Positions 26,722-36,312 of a DNA stretch of 39,534 nucleotides are shown piece after piece. The position numbers and the translations under genes are program-made. Positions within the stretch are counted from its first letter, which is position 1. Each line of letters starts with the position of its first letter. Source of the DNA: an uncultured Lachnospiraceae bacterium (lineage in GTDB: Bacteria > Bacillota > Clostridia > Oscillospirales > CAG-272); contig CAYXNQ010000002.1 in NCBI GenBank assembly GCA_964466545.1, positions 1 to 39,534 of the forward strand, in the 5' to 3' direction. Under the pieces are notes generated by a model that was given only the letters and a program-made list of their open reading frames with translations, made no database searches and was not told the DNA's origin.

Positions 26722-27588
26722 ATGACACGAATCAACCGTTTGCTTTTGATACCGAGCAGCGTAAAAAAGATACAGCCCGAAAAAATTCAATATCTATGCG
26801 AGCATATCCGCTCGCAGTCATGCGATTTATTCACTACGAGTGAATTTGAATACCTGACGTCACTATCGCCATACGTCTGTATCGCCGACGGTGAGGCGGA
26901 CATAAAAAAATGCGATATGGTGTTAGTGCTTGGCGGAGACGGTTCTTTTTTGAATGCCGCCGGTATAGCTTCAAAATATCTCTTGCCGATTGCGGGAATC
27001 AACTTCGGAAGATTGGGGTATTTAGCGGAGCTTGAATATAACGATAGGGAATTGCTTTCTAAGCTTCTCGCGGGTGAATTTACAGTTGAGAACCGAATTA
27101 TGCTTGACGCTATCGTAAATTCAAATAACGACGGCGAACAAATTGTATTACCGCCTGCTCTAAATGATATAGTTATAGCTAACGGCCCTATTTCGCGGCT
27201 TCTTTCGTTTGATCTTTATTGCAACGGCGAGCTTGCCGTCACCAATAGAGGGGATGGTATCGTAATCGCAACTCCAACCGGCTCTACGGCATATTCAATG
27301 TCAGCCGGCGGACCGGTGCTTGACCCTTGCCTTGACTGCATACTCGCAACAATGATCTGCCCTCACTCCCTGACATCAAGACCCATCGTTTTTGGTGGAG
27401 ATTCAAAAATAGAACTGCGAAATCTCACTGCCCGCGATACAGAGCCGTACATCATGATCGACGGTCGCGATATAACAAAATTAAACGATTCTGATGTAGT
27501 TACTATAACGCGTAGCACGTCATTCGTAAAATTCGCGCGTGTGCGCACAGGCGGTTTTTTAGCTACATTACGTGAAAAAATGATTTGA
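26722..27588 (+). CDS. nadK: NAD kinase
   Basis: AAAGGAG RBS. Motifs GGDGSFL, NDIVI and ATPTGSTAYSMSAGGP. Confidence 0.9.
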   Translation: MTRINRLLLIPSSVKKIQPEKIQYLCEHIRSQSCDLFTTSEFEYLTSLSPYVCIADGEADIKKCDMVLVLGGDGSFLNAAGIASKYLLPIAGINFGRLGYLAELEYNDRELLSKLLAGEFTVENRIMLDAIVNSNNDGEQIVLPPALNDIVIANGPISRLLSFDLYCNGELAVTNRGDGIVIATPTGSTAYSMSAGGPVLDPCLDCILATMICPHSLTSRPIVFGGDSKIELRNLTARDTEPYIMIDGRDITKLNDSDVVTITRSTSFVKFARVRTGGFLATLREKMI

Positions 27589-27608
27589 ACTTAGGAGAAA
27601 ATCTAACG

Positions 27609-28079
27609 ATGAAAAATTCGCGCCAAGAATTGATCCTGCAAATTATAGAAAAATACTGCATCACAACACAGGAAGAGCTTCTCAAAAAGCTTACCGATGC
27701 CGGACATTCAGTTACGCAAGCTACCGTTTCGCGCGATATTCGCCAAATGAAGCTTGTAAAGATAATGAACGATGCGGGCGAATACAGATATGTTTCTCCG
27801 GAGTCCTCAAGCGAGTATTCAGAAAGGGAGGATATCAGTATCTATTCGTCGGCGCTGCTTGAATCGGTAAAAAAGGTCGATTGCGCAATGAATATTGTCG
27901 TTATTAAAACCTATCCGGGAATGGCGTCACCTGTTGCCGCCGCTGTCGATTCCATCAAAGATGTTGACATACTCGGTTGCGTTGCCGGCGACGATACGGT
28001 AATCATAATTGCTCGAAGTGAAACTGTCGCTATTGACATATCGCGTAAACTTTCAAATCTCAACACGACGGGAAAATAG
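27609..28079 (+). CDS. argR: Arginine repressor
   Basis: ATG 27609 follows AGGAGA. The winged-helix N-terminus is RQELILQIIEKYCITTQEELLKKL...VTQATVSRDI. The C-terminal oligomerisation domain contains GCVAGDDTV. Confidence 0.88.
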   Translation: MKNSRQELILQIIEKYCITTQEELLKKLTDAGHSVTQATVSRDIRQMKLVKIMNDAGEYRYVSPESSSEYSEREDISIYSSALLESVKKVDCAMNIVVIKTYPGMASPVAAAVDSIKDVDILGCVAGDDTVIIIARSETVAIDISRKLSNLNTTGK

Positions 28080-28081
28080 AA

Positions 28082-29770
28082 ATGCTTACAAATCTGTATA
28101 TTGAAAATATTGCGGTTGCAAAGCGCCTGTCAATAGATTTTACAAACGGATTTTCAGTATTGACCGGCGAAACAGGTGCTGGAAAATCTATCGTTGCCGA
28201 CTGCTTGGGTTTATTGATCGGAAACAAAGCAAGTCGCGATATGATACGTTCCGGTGAAGATCATGCGCTCGTCGCCGGGATATTTTCGATTTCTCCCGAA
28301 AAATCGTCTCTGCTTTCCGAGCTTGGGTTCACTCCTGACGAAAACGGCGAACTTTTGATAACAAGAACGATCACATCTGACGGAAGAAGCTCTGTAAAAT
28401 GCAATAAACGTGCTGTTACACTCTCTGCTTTGCGAGAAGCCGGAGGCTATCTGATCAATATTCACGGTCAGGGAGAGAGCATATTTTTAACGGATACCGT
28501 TTTTCACGCTGAAATTTTGGATGAATATTCAAAGCTTTCAAAAGAACTTCAAGATTACAAAAAAGCTTACGGCGAATATATTCGTCGGCGCGACGAGCTT
28601 TCGCGTTTCACCCATGACATAGGCGAGCGCGAAATGATGATAGATATATTGAAATATCAACTGAAAGAAATAGATTCGGCTAAGCTTTCGTCGCCGGACG
28701 AAGAAGATAAACTCAGATTAATGAGATCGAAACTAAAGAGCTATGAGCAGATCAGCAAATTGATAGCAATTATCAAAAAAAGCTTGGTGGATTCGGAAAA
28801 GGGAAGCTCGGCAAGTCAACAACTGCTTCGTGCCTCAAAAGCGGTGGATGCCCTCTCGGCAGTCCTGCCGGAAAGCGCAGATATTTCATCACGGCTTGAT
28901 GCTATACGGTATGAGCTGGAAGATATATCCGACAAATGTTCTGCCGTAATCGACGATTCAATAGCGGATCCGGAACGACAGCTCGATATTATCGAAACAC
29001 GTCTTGCGCTTATAGAAAAGCTTGAGCGCAAATACGGAACAGATATTGCTGAAATTTTAGCAAAAAGAAAATCACTGCATGATAAGCTTGAAAATCTGCA
29101 AAGTGCGGATAATACAAGAGATGAGCTTGAAAAACAGCTCAATATTTGCTATAATAATGCTTGTTCGATAGCGATGTTGCTATCAGAAAAGCGAAAAAGC
29201 TCTGCCGATGAAATAACCAAAAAGGTGAGCGGTGTTCTTTCATATCTTGATATGCCTAAGGTTAGATTTATCGTCTCGGTTACCAAGAATATTGAAAAAG
29301 ACGGAAGTCCGTTGCTCTCATCGGGGGGATACGACAGAATTGAATTTCTAATTTCAACAAATCCCGGCGACGAGCCTAAGCCGCTTGCAAAAATCGCTTC
29401 CGGCGGCGAATTATCGCGAGTGTTGCTTGCTCTGAAAAGTGAACTTTCTAACGAAAACGGCGCTGACACGATAGTGTTTGACGAAATAGATTCGGGTGTT
29501 TCCGGCGCGACTTCAGAAAAAATCGGTCGCAAGCTGAAAGAGATATCCGAAAAATCGCAGGTCATATGCGTTACACATTCTCCGCAGATCGCCGCCATGG
29601 CGGATACACATTATTTTGTTTCCAAGGTCGAATGTAACGGTAGAAACGAAAGTTCGGTCAGAATATTATCTGATGAAGAGCGAATCGAGGAGATCGCAAG
29701 AATAATAGGCGGTGTAACTGTTACTGACGCGCAACGCGCTGCGGCAAAAGAGCTTATCAACAATCATTAA
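28082..29770 (+). CDS. recN: DNA repair protein RecN
   Basis: Walker A GETGAGKS, a long coiled coil, the signature ASGGELSRVLLALK, and Walker B IVFDEIDSG. Confidence 0.93.
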   Translation: MLTNLYIENIAVAKRLSIDFTNGFSVLTGETGAGKSIVADCLGLLIGNKASRDMIRSGEDHALVAGIFSISPEKSSLLSELGFTPDENGELLITRTITSDGRSSVKCNKRAVTLSALREAGGYLINIHGQGESIFLTDTVFHAEILDEYSKLSKELQDYKKAYGEYIRRRDELSRFTHDIGEREMMIDILKYQLKEIDSAKLSSPDEEDKLRLMRSKLKSYEQISKLIAIIKKSLVDSEKGSSASQQLLRASKAVDALSAVLPESADISSRLDAIRYELEDISDKCSAVIDDSIADPERQLDIIETRLALIEKLERKYGTDIAEILAKRKSLHDKLENLQSADNTRDELEKQLNICYNNACSIAMLLSEKRKSSADEITKKVSGVLSYLDMPKVRFIVSVTKNIEKDGSPLLSSGGYDRIEFLISTNPGDEPKPLAKIASGGELSRVLLALKSELSNENGADTIVFDEIDSGVSGATSEKIGRKLKEISEKSQVICVTHSPQIAAMADTHYFVSKVECNGRNESSVRILSDEERIEEIARIIGGVTVTDAQRAAAKELINNH

Positions 29771-29816
29771 ATTTACATATTGCAGATATTATAATTATAA
29801 TTCAGGAGATTCTACT

Positions 29817-31043
29817 ATGACTATCTACGAAGAACTTCAGGCGCGTGGTCTTATCGCGCAAACAACCAATGAAGATGAGATAAAAGATCTTATCAATAAC
29901 GGCAAAGCAACGTTCTATATTGGCTTCGATTGCACAGCTGACAGCTTGACTGCAGGACACTTTATGGCGCTCACACTTATGAAACGTTTGCAGATGGCTG
30001 GCAATAAACCGATCGCACTCATTGGCGGCGGTACCACGATGATCGGCGACCCCTCGGGCAGAACCGATATGCGCAAAATGCTGACAAAGGAAGATATCGA
30101 TCATAACGCAGCTTGCTTCAAGAGACAAATGGAGCAGTTTATTGATTTTTCGGATGGCAAGGCAATGATGATAAACAATGCCGACTGGCTCCTAAAGCTA
30201 AACTATATCGAGCTGTTGCGCGACGTCGGCGCTTGCTTCTCGGTCAACAATATGCTGCGCGCTGAATGTTATAAACAGAGAATGGAAAAAGGCCTTTCCT
30301 TCCTCGAATTCAACTATATGATAATGCAATCGTATGATTTCTATTATCTCTTCAAAAATTACGATTGCAATTTGCAGTTCGGCGGCGACGACCAATGGTC
30401 CAATATGCTCGGCGGAACTGAGCTTATTCGTCGAAAGCTCGGCAAGGATGCCAACGCGATGACTATTACACTTCTGACGGACTCCCAGGGCAAAAAGATG
30501 GGAAAGACCGCCGGCAATGCTGTTTGGCTTGATCCTAATAAAACTTCTCCTTACGATTTTTATCAGTATTGGAGAAACGTTGCCGATGCCGATGTTTTGA
30601 AGTGCATCCGTATGCTTACATTCCTCCCGCTTGAACAAATCGATGAAATGGACACATGGGAAGGTAGCCGTCTCAATACGGCAAAGGAAATTCTCGCTTA
30701 CGAGCTGACTAAGCTCGTTCACGGCGAACTTGAAGCAAATAAAGCTCAAGAAGCAGCAAAAGCTCTCTTTACCTCCGGTGGTGTTTCCTCCGAAAATATG
30801 CCTACCACCACTCTCACTGACGATGACTTTACCGGCGGAAGTATGCTTATCCTCGATATGCTTGTAAAGAGCAAGCTCGCCCCTTCAAAGAGCGAAGCGA
30901 GACGCCTTCTCCAGCAGGGCGGCGTATTTGTAGCCGATGAGAAAATAACCGCGCTCGATGCCGCGATCTCACCCTCCGATATTTCCGACGGTCTTATAGT
31001 GCGCAAGGGCAAGAAGACATACCATCGTTTTATTAAACAATAA
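29817..31043 (+). CDS. tyrS: Tyrosine--tRNA ligase
   Basis: N-terminus LQARGLI...FYIGFDCTADSL. KMGKT (KMSKS-type loop). C-terminal S4-like domain. The HIGH position reads TAGH. Confidence 0.9.
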   Translation: MTIYEELQARGLIAQTTNEDEIKDLINNGKATFYIGFDCTADSLTAGHFMALTLMKRLQMAGNKPIALIGGGTTMIGDPSGRTDMRKMLTKEDIDHNAACFKRQMEQFIDFSDGKAMMINNADWLLKLNYIELLRDVGACFSVNNMLRAECYKQRMEKGLSFLEFNYMIMQSYDFYYLFKNYDCNLQFGGDDQWSNMLGGTELIRRKLGKDANAMTITLLTDSQGKKMGKTAGNAVWLDPNKTSPYDFYQYWRNVADADVLKCIRMLTFLPLEQIDEMDTWEGSRLNTAKEILAYELTKLVHGELEANKAQEAAKALFTSGGVSSENMPTTTLTDDDFTGGSMLILDMLVKSKLAPSKSEARRLLQQGGVFVADEKITALDAAISPSDISDGLIVRKGKKTYHRFIKQ

Positions 31044-31732
31044 TGAAAAAATATAAATATCTTCTGTTTGACGCCGATAATACTCTTTTTGATTTCGATA
31101 AAAGCGAACATGAGGCTTTGCTACTAACGCTCAAAGCCTTCTCGCTACCAACAGATGACGTCACTCTTGCGACGTTTCATTCAATAAACGACGCGCTGTG
31201 GAAATCGCTCGAACGCGGCGAAATAACTCAAAGCGAATTACGCGTCGAAAGATTCCGGCAACTTTTAGAAGCAATACATGCTAATGAAGAACTGGCAAAT
31301 GCCATGAACTGTGAGTATGTCAAAAATCTCTCCGAAATGAGATATACACTCGATACATCTGAATCCGTACTGGAGCAGCTTTCCTCCGAATATCGTATAA
31401 TCATCATAACAAACGGCATTTACGAGGTGCAATCAAAACGCATATCCGCTTCTTCGCTTCATAACTATATAACTGATATATTTGTTTCCGAAAAAGTCGG
31501 ATATAGCAAGCCCGCAAAAGAGTTTTTCGATTTCGTATTGCGATCCATTGGTGATCCGCTCAAGACAAACTATCTCGTCATCGGCGATTCGCTAACGTCG
31601 GATATTAAGGGTGCAGTCAATTCCGGCATAGACTCCGTATGGTTCAATCCACATAAAAAGCAAAACAATGTGGTTCCTTCCATGTATACTGTTAATAAGC
31701 TCACTGAGCTATTACCGCTTTTGCTTGTTTAA
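31043..31732 (+). CDS. HAD-superfamily hydrolase (YjjG-like nucleotidase subfamily)
   Basis: Motif I FDADNTLFD, a cap domain, and the motif IV region VIGDSLTSDIKGA. The start overlaps the tyrS stop by 1 nt. Confidence 0.8.
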   Translation: MKKYKYLLFDADNTLFDFDKSEHEALLLTLKAFSLPTDDVTLATFHSINDALWKSLERGEITQSELRVERFRQLLEAIHANEELANAMNCEYVKNLSEMRYTLDTSESVLEQLSSEYRIIIITNGIYEVQSKRISASSLHNYITDIFVSEKVGYSKPAKEFFDFVLRSIGDPLKTNYLVIGDSLTSDIKGAVNSGIDSVWFNPHKKQNNVVPSMYTVNKLTELLPLLLV

Positions 31733-31757
31733 GCATTAACACGCTTTTGAGGAATAT

Positions 31758-32702
31758 ATGAATAATCGTATCGCGTATCTAAAAGAACAGTTCGATTTAT
31801 ATAATTTTGAAAACAGCACACGGATAACCTATATCGAGAATGAATCGCTTTCCGCACATTCCAGCTTCAGAATCGGCGGTAAAGCAGATCTGTTTATCGC
31901 TCCCAGCACACAAGATGCGCTTATATACGTGCTTGAAGCCTGCAAGAATTGCGATATGCCCATCTTTTTGATCGGCCGAGGCACGAATCTGCTCTTTGAC
32001 GATAGCGGATTTAGAGGTGCGATCATATCAACTACGCACATTACGGATATATCCGTAACCAGAAATGTTCTGACCGCCTCTTGCGGTGCATCGCTTGCTG
32101 ATGTTGTAAAAACGGCGAAAAAACACTCACTCGGCGGCATTTCATATCTATATGGAATCCCGGGAAGCGTTGGTGGAGCTGTGTATATGAATGCAGGCGC
32201 ATACGGCGGCGAGATCGCAGACGTATTGCTCTCCAGTACATGTTTTGATTTAGCTTCTGCCGATTTAATAACGTTAAATGCAAACGAACATTGTTTTGGG
32301 TACAGAACAAGCTCTTATACAAATAACAGAAATCTGTTGATTGTCTCGGCTGAATTCTGTCTGAATCCGGCAGATCCTAAGAAGATCGAACAAGAATGTT
32401 CGGATTATATAAGCCGCCGAAAAGAAAAACAGCCTCTTGAATATCCGAGTGCCGGTAGTTCGTTTAAAAGAGCACCGGGGCACTATACTGCTCAGTTGAT
32501 TGATTCGTGCGGGCTTAAAGGCTTCCGCGTAGGCGATGCAGCTGTATCGCAAAAGCACGCCGGATTTATTATCAATCTCGGAAAAGCGACGTCGAACGAC
32601 GTGCTTGAGCTTATGAAATTGATCGAAGAACGTATTTGGGAACGATTCGGCGTCCGGCTTGAAAGAGAAGTAATATACGTATGTCCTACTCCGCAGAAAT
32701 AA
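31758..32702 (+). CDS. murB: UDP-N-acetylenolpyruvoylglucosamine reductase
   Basis: FAD-binding region FRIGGKADLF...GRGTNLL, GIPGSVGGAVYMNAGAYG, and the catalytic region PSAGSSFK. Confidence 0.92.
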   Translation: MNNRIAYLKEQFDLYNFENSTRITYIENESLSAHSSFRIGGKADLFIAPSTQDALIYVLEACKNCDMPIFLIGRGTNLLFDDSGFRGAIISTTHITDISVTRNVLTASCGASLADVVKTAKKHSLGGISYLYGIPGSVGGAVYMNAGAYGGEIADVLLSSTCFDLASADLITLNANEHCFGYRTSSYTNNRNLLIVSAEFCLNPADPKKIEQECSDYISRRKEKQPLEYPSAGSSFKRAPGHYTAQLIDSCGLKGFRVGDAAVSQKHAGFIINLGKATSNDVLELMKLIEERIWERFGVRLEREVIYVCPTPQK

Positions 32703-33406
32703 AAAAGTATTTATCAGAACAAAAGATAAAAAAGAAATGCTGCCGAGACAGCTATTCCAAAGGTTTGACCTTTTTGGCGGATCCGATTTCAGAATTCGAT
32801 TTTGATAGCTGCGATACTTGCCTAAACGCACTTTTGCGCGGTATATTCATATCATGCGGTCATATTACGGATCCCGCAAAGCAATATCATTTGGAATTTG
32901 TATTGGACTCGCCGGAACGTGCAAGGGTTCTTTTCTCACTTATTTCAGCATTCGGTATTCATGCAAACGAATACCAACGAAAAGGGAAGTACGTCGTATA
33001 CATCAAAGCTTCTGATAGTATTTCAGAATTACTCGCGGCTATCGGCGCCAATACCGCCGCATTTGATATCATAAACAACCGCATTTTAACCGGAATGACG
33101 TCCGATGTAACGCGCGCTGTCAATTTCGATACCGCTAATATCAAACGTCTTTCAAGCGCTTATGAGCGAGATATTGAAGCTATACGCTATTTATCCGAGC
33201 ATGATAAGCTTGATAAGCTTCCGCCGCATCTTTACGAAACAGCGATATTGCGTCAAAAATACGATTATATGTCGCTTGCGGAATTAGGCTCTCACCATTC
33301 GGTATCCATAAGCAAATCGGGCGTCAAGCATCGCCTTGCCGCGATCACCAAGATATATAACGATATAATTGCCGAGCTGGCGGAAACCAAGCAGAATAAT
33401 TCATAA
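32681..33406 (+). CDS. whiA: WhiA-family DNA-binding protein, short 241-aa form
   Basis: The N-terminal S.EIKKYL...KKCC motif, one LAGLIDADG-like domain (LLRGIFISCGHITDPAKQYHLEF) and a C-terminal HTH (ISKSGVKHRL). The gene overlaps murB by 22 nt. Confidence 0.8.
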   Translation: MSYSAEIKKYLSEQKIKKKCCRDSYSKGLTFLADPISEFDFDSCDTCLNALLRGIFISCGHITDPAKQYHLEFVLDSPERARVLFSLISAFGIHANEYQRKGKYVVYIKASDSISELLAAIGANTAAFDIINNRILTGMTSDVTRAVNFDTANIKRLSSAYERDIEAIRYLSEHDKLDKLPPHLYETAILRQKYDYMSLAELGSHHSVSISKSGVKHRLAAITKIYNDIIAELAETKQNNS

Positions 33407-33539
33407 TATATTTCAAAATATTACCTAATAACTTTCAAATTTGGGTATTATAATGATACCTGTAGCATACCAACTCCCCGTAACCGATTTTTCGATATTT
33501 CCGCTTCAGTCGGTTGCAGAAAGCAAGGGTACACACTTA

Positions 33540-36248
33540 ATGGGAAAATTTATAAAAAAATCCGGAGATAATCCAAACGGGCATATTGATTGGGGAAATG
33601 AGATCGTTCATGCCGGTCAGCTTTCGCTTCACGTGACCTACAGAATACTCTCGTATTTCCTAAATATTGTCATAACTATAATGCTTATCGGACTTATAAC
33701 CGGCATTATTGTCGGCACGTTTTTTGCACTGTATGTCCGCAATTATGTTGACACATCTCTTGATATGTCGCTTTTTGTCAGCTCTAAGCAGGATATAACG
33801 ACAAGAATATTTTACTACGATTACGAATCAATTGAGGACAGACAAAATCGTAACGGCGAAGCTGTTGAGCTTGAAGACGAGTCGCTTCACGGAAGTGTTA
33901 ACAGCTTGTGGGCTGATTACAGCGAAATGCCGAATTATTTGATAGAGGCTTTCGTTTCCTACGAAGATCACAGATTTTGGTCGCATAACGGGGTAGACTG
34001 GTTAACGACAGGAAAAGCATTTATAAATTACTTCATTCCGGTATTCTCCGACAACAGCTTCGGAGCGTCTACAATAACTCAGCAGCTTATCAAAAACGTT
34101 ACACAAGAGGATGAAGTAAAGATCGACCGTAAGGTCAAAGAGATATTTCGCGCTCTGAATCTCGAAAAGGAAAAAAGTAAAGAAGAAATACTCGAACTGT
34201 ATCTGAACATCATCTACATGGCTAATAACTGTCGTGGTGTAAAAACGGCGGCAAAATCTTATTTCGGAAAATCGCTCGATCAGCTTACGCTTGTTGAATG
34301 TGCGTCACTTGCGGCTATTGTCAAAAATCCATCTCAGTATGAGCCTAAGTATCACCCGATAAATAACAAAGAACAGCGTGATACCGTGCTATTGACCATG
34401 TATAATTACGGAAAAATTACACATGACGAATATCTTGAGGCTATAAACACGGAGCTGGTTATCGTTGACTCCGATGAAGATGATTCGTCAGACTCCACGA
34501 CCGATATATTTTCTTGGTATACGGACGCGCTGTTCAATGAAGTTCGAGATGCGCTTGTCGAAAAATATAATTATTCCGAATATGCGGCAAGTCTTGTAAT
34601 ATATAACAGCGGGCTTCAGATATACAGCGTCATGGATCCGGATATTCAAAATATACTTGAAGAAGTATATGAAAATGACAGCGAATATTTTCCGAATTCC
34701 GGCGACGGTATGCAACCGGAATCCGCTATGGTCATTATAGACCCGTATACAGGTGATATAGTCGCGTTGGTCGGCGGACGCGGGGAAAAGCTCGGTAACC
34801 GTTTGCTCAATCACGCAACGATGACAAAACGCCCTCCCGGCTCCTCCATAAAACCGCTATCCGTTTACGCGCCGGCATTAGACGCGGGCTTGATTACGTG
34901 GGGTTCAGTATTTGACGATACTCCGTTAAGATTCGATATAGTCGAAGACGAAGAAGATGAAGATGAGGAGACAACAGAAGCCGAAACCGAGGAAAAAGAG
35001 ATCGTGTATAAGCCGTATCCGCAGAATTACGACAAAACATACGGCGGTCTTACAACGGTCTGTGAGGCTTTGCGTGTTTCCTTGAATACACTTCCGACCA
35101 AGATACTTGATCTTTTAGGCTTGGAAAACTCGTTTAATTTCGTAAAATATAAGCTTCATATAGACAGCATCAACGCGCAATACCAGGTAGGCAACAGATT
35201 TCTTTCTGATATAGATTATGCTCCGCTCGGTCTTGGTCAGTTCACATACGGAGTAACTGTTTCGGAGATAACAGCTGCATATTCGATTTTTGTAAACAAC
35301 GGCATATACAACGAACCGCGTATGTATATGCAGGTTTTAGATTCAAACGGTAACGTTATTCTCGGCGATGAAAAAGTTTCCGAGATCGTGATCAGCGACC
35401 AAACAGCCACCATTATGACAAAGCTTCTGCAAAACGTCGTTAATAACGGTACAGGTGCGGCCGCTTGGCTTAGATACACAGTAGATGTTGCAGGCAAGAC
35501 CGGTACTTCGCAGGACGACTACGACAGATGGTTTATCGGATATACTCCTTATTATATCGGCGGAGTTTGGTTCGGATATGATATAAACGAAACTCTGAAT
35601 AGTTTCGGCGGCGCTAATCCGGCGTTAAACGTTTGGAATACAGTCATGACAAAGATTCATCAACCGTTTATCGACGCTGCGAACAGCGGGGAAGAGCCTC
35701 TCCGCAAATTTGTCGACGCCCCCGGAATCGTTACCGCTCAATATTGCAAAGATTCCGGAAAGCTATGTACAGACGCATGCGAGCATGATCCTCGCGGAAA
35801 TCGCGCTGAGACTGGATATTTTACCAGAGATACAGTGCCTACGGAGCGGTGCGATACACATGTAGAAGTCACATACGACAATGTCTTCGGCGGTGTCGTG
35901 CTTAATAAGGATGAATACACAGGTGACAAAAATAATCTTATCACGGTGTCGCTTCTGAATGTTAAGCGTATATATCCAATGCAAATATACGTCAAGGACG
36001 CGCAATACACGTTTTTTGAATTGCCGGATAATATCAAACCCGGTAATACAGGCGTTGTCCCGTTCTATATTAATATTGCCGGCGAAAAAGAATATGTTCC
36101 TCTTTCCAATACCGCAGGTCTGATCCAGTATAACAGATTTGCATATCTGCATTACGACTTTTCAAAATGGGATAAGTTAGAGGAAGAATCGAAGGAAAAC
36201 GAATCAAAGGAAGAAGAGGCTTCCACTTCAAACAAATCCAAGGACTAA
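33540..36248 (+). CDS. Class A penicillin-binding protein (glycosyltransferase plus transpeptidase)
   Basis: GT51 motifs EDHRFWSHNGVD and GASTITQQL. Transpeptidase motifs GSSIKP (SxxK) and KTGTS. There is a TM helix near the N-terminus. The start is taken as ATG 33540; the upstream part of the track ORF is probably non-coding. Confidence 0.88.
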   Translation: MGKFIKKSGDNPNGHIDWGNEIVHAGQLSLHVTYRILSYFLNIVITIMLIGLITGIIVGTFFALYVRNYVDTSLDMSLFVSSKQDITTRIFYYDYESIEDRQNRNGEAVELEDESLHGSVNSLWADYSEMPNYLIEAFVSYEDHRFWSHNGVDWLTTGKAFINYFIPVFSDNSFGASTITQQLIKNVTQEDEVKIDRKVKEIFRALNLEKEKSKEEILELYLNIIYMANNCRGVKTAAKSYFGKSLDQLTLVECASLAAIVKNPSQYEPKYHPINNKEQRDTVLLTMYNYGKITHDEYLEAINTELVIVDSDEDDSSDSTTDIFSWYTDALFNEVRDALVEKYNYSEYAASLVIYNSGLQIYSVMDPDIQNILEEVYENDSEYFPNSGDGMQPESAMVIIDPYTGDIVALVGGRGEKLGNRLLNHATMTKRPPGSSIKPLSVYAPALDAGLITWGSVFDDTPLRFDIVEDEEDEDEETTEAETEEKEIVYKPYPQNYDKTYGGLTTVCEALRVSLNTLPTKILDLLGLENSFNFVKYKLHIDSINAQYQVGNRFLSDIDYAPLGLGQFTYGVTVSEITAAYSIFVNNGIYNEPRMYMQVLDSNGNVILGDEKVSEIVISDQTATIMTKLLQNVVNNGTGAAAWLRYTVDVAGKTGTSQDDYDRWFIGYTPYYIGGVWFGYDINETLNSFGGANPALNVWNTVMTKIHQPFIDAANSGEEPLRKFVDAPGIVTAQYCKDSGKLCTDACEHDPRGNRAETGYFTRDTVPTERCDTHVEVTYDNVFGGVVLNKDEYTGDKNNLITVSLLNVKRIYPMQIYVKDAQYTFFELPDNIKPGNTGVVPFYINIAGEKEYVPLSNTAGLIQYNRFAYLHYDFSKWDKLEEESKENESKEEEASTSNKSKD

Positions 36249-36263
36249 AATCATAACCTCGAC

Positions 36264-36299
36264 GGAGCGTTCATATTGATTAATATGAACGCTCTTTTT
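36264..36299 (+). terminator. Rho-independent terminator after the PBP gene
   Basis: GAGCGTTCATATT (36265-36277) pairs with AATATGAACGCTC (36282-36294), followed by TTTTT. Confidence 0.85.
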
Positions 36300-36312
36300 G
36301 TGTGAGGTATTT

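Noticed and set aside
29771-29816. A T-box riboswitch or independent promoter for tyrS (TTACAT-17-TATAAT at 29773-29801)
   Set aside because: 46 nt is far too short for a T-box. The promoter-like hexamers would start transcription inside or after the AGGAGA ribosome-binding site, so it is probably just AT-rich spacer.
32274-32831. A 185-aa ORF antisense to murB/whiA
   Set aside because: It is a shadow ORF across a coupled gene junction and has no start signals.
33441-33539. Upstream extension of the PBP ORF
   Set aside because: The extension begins at a non-ATG codon inside an AT-rich, promoter-like tract. The residues are not PBP-like. ATG 33540 gives the usual short cytoplasmic tail followed by a TM helix. 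The start remains somewhat uncertain.
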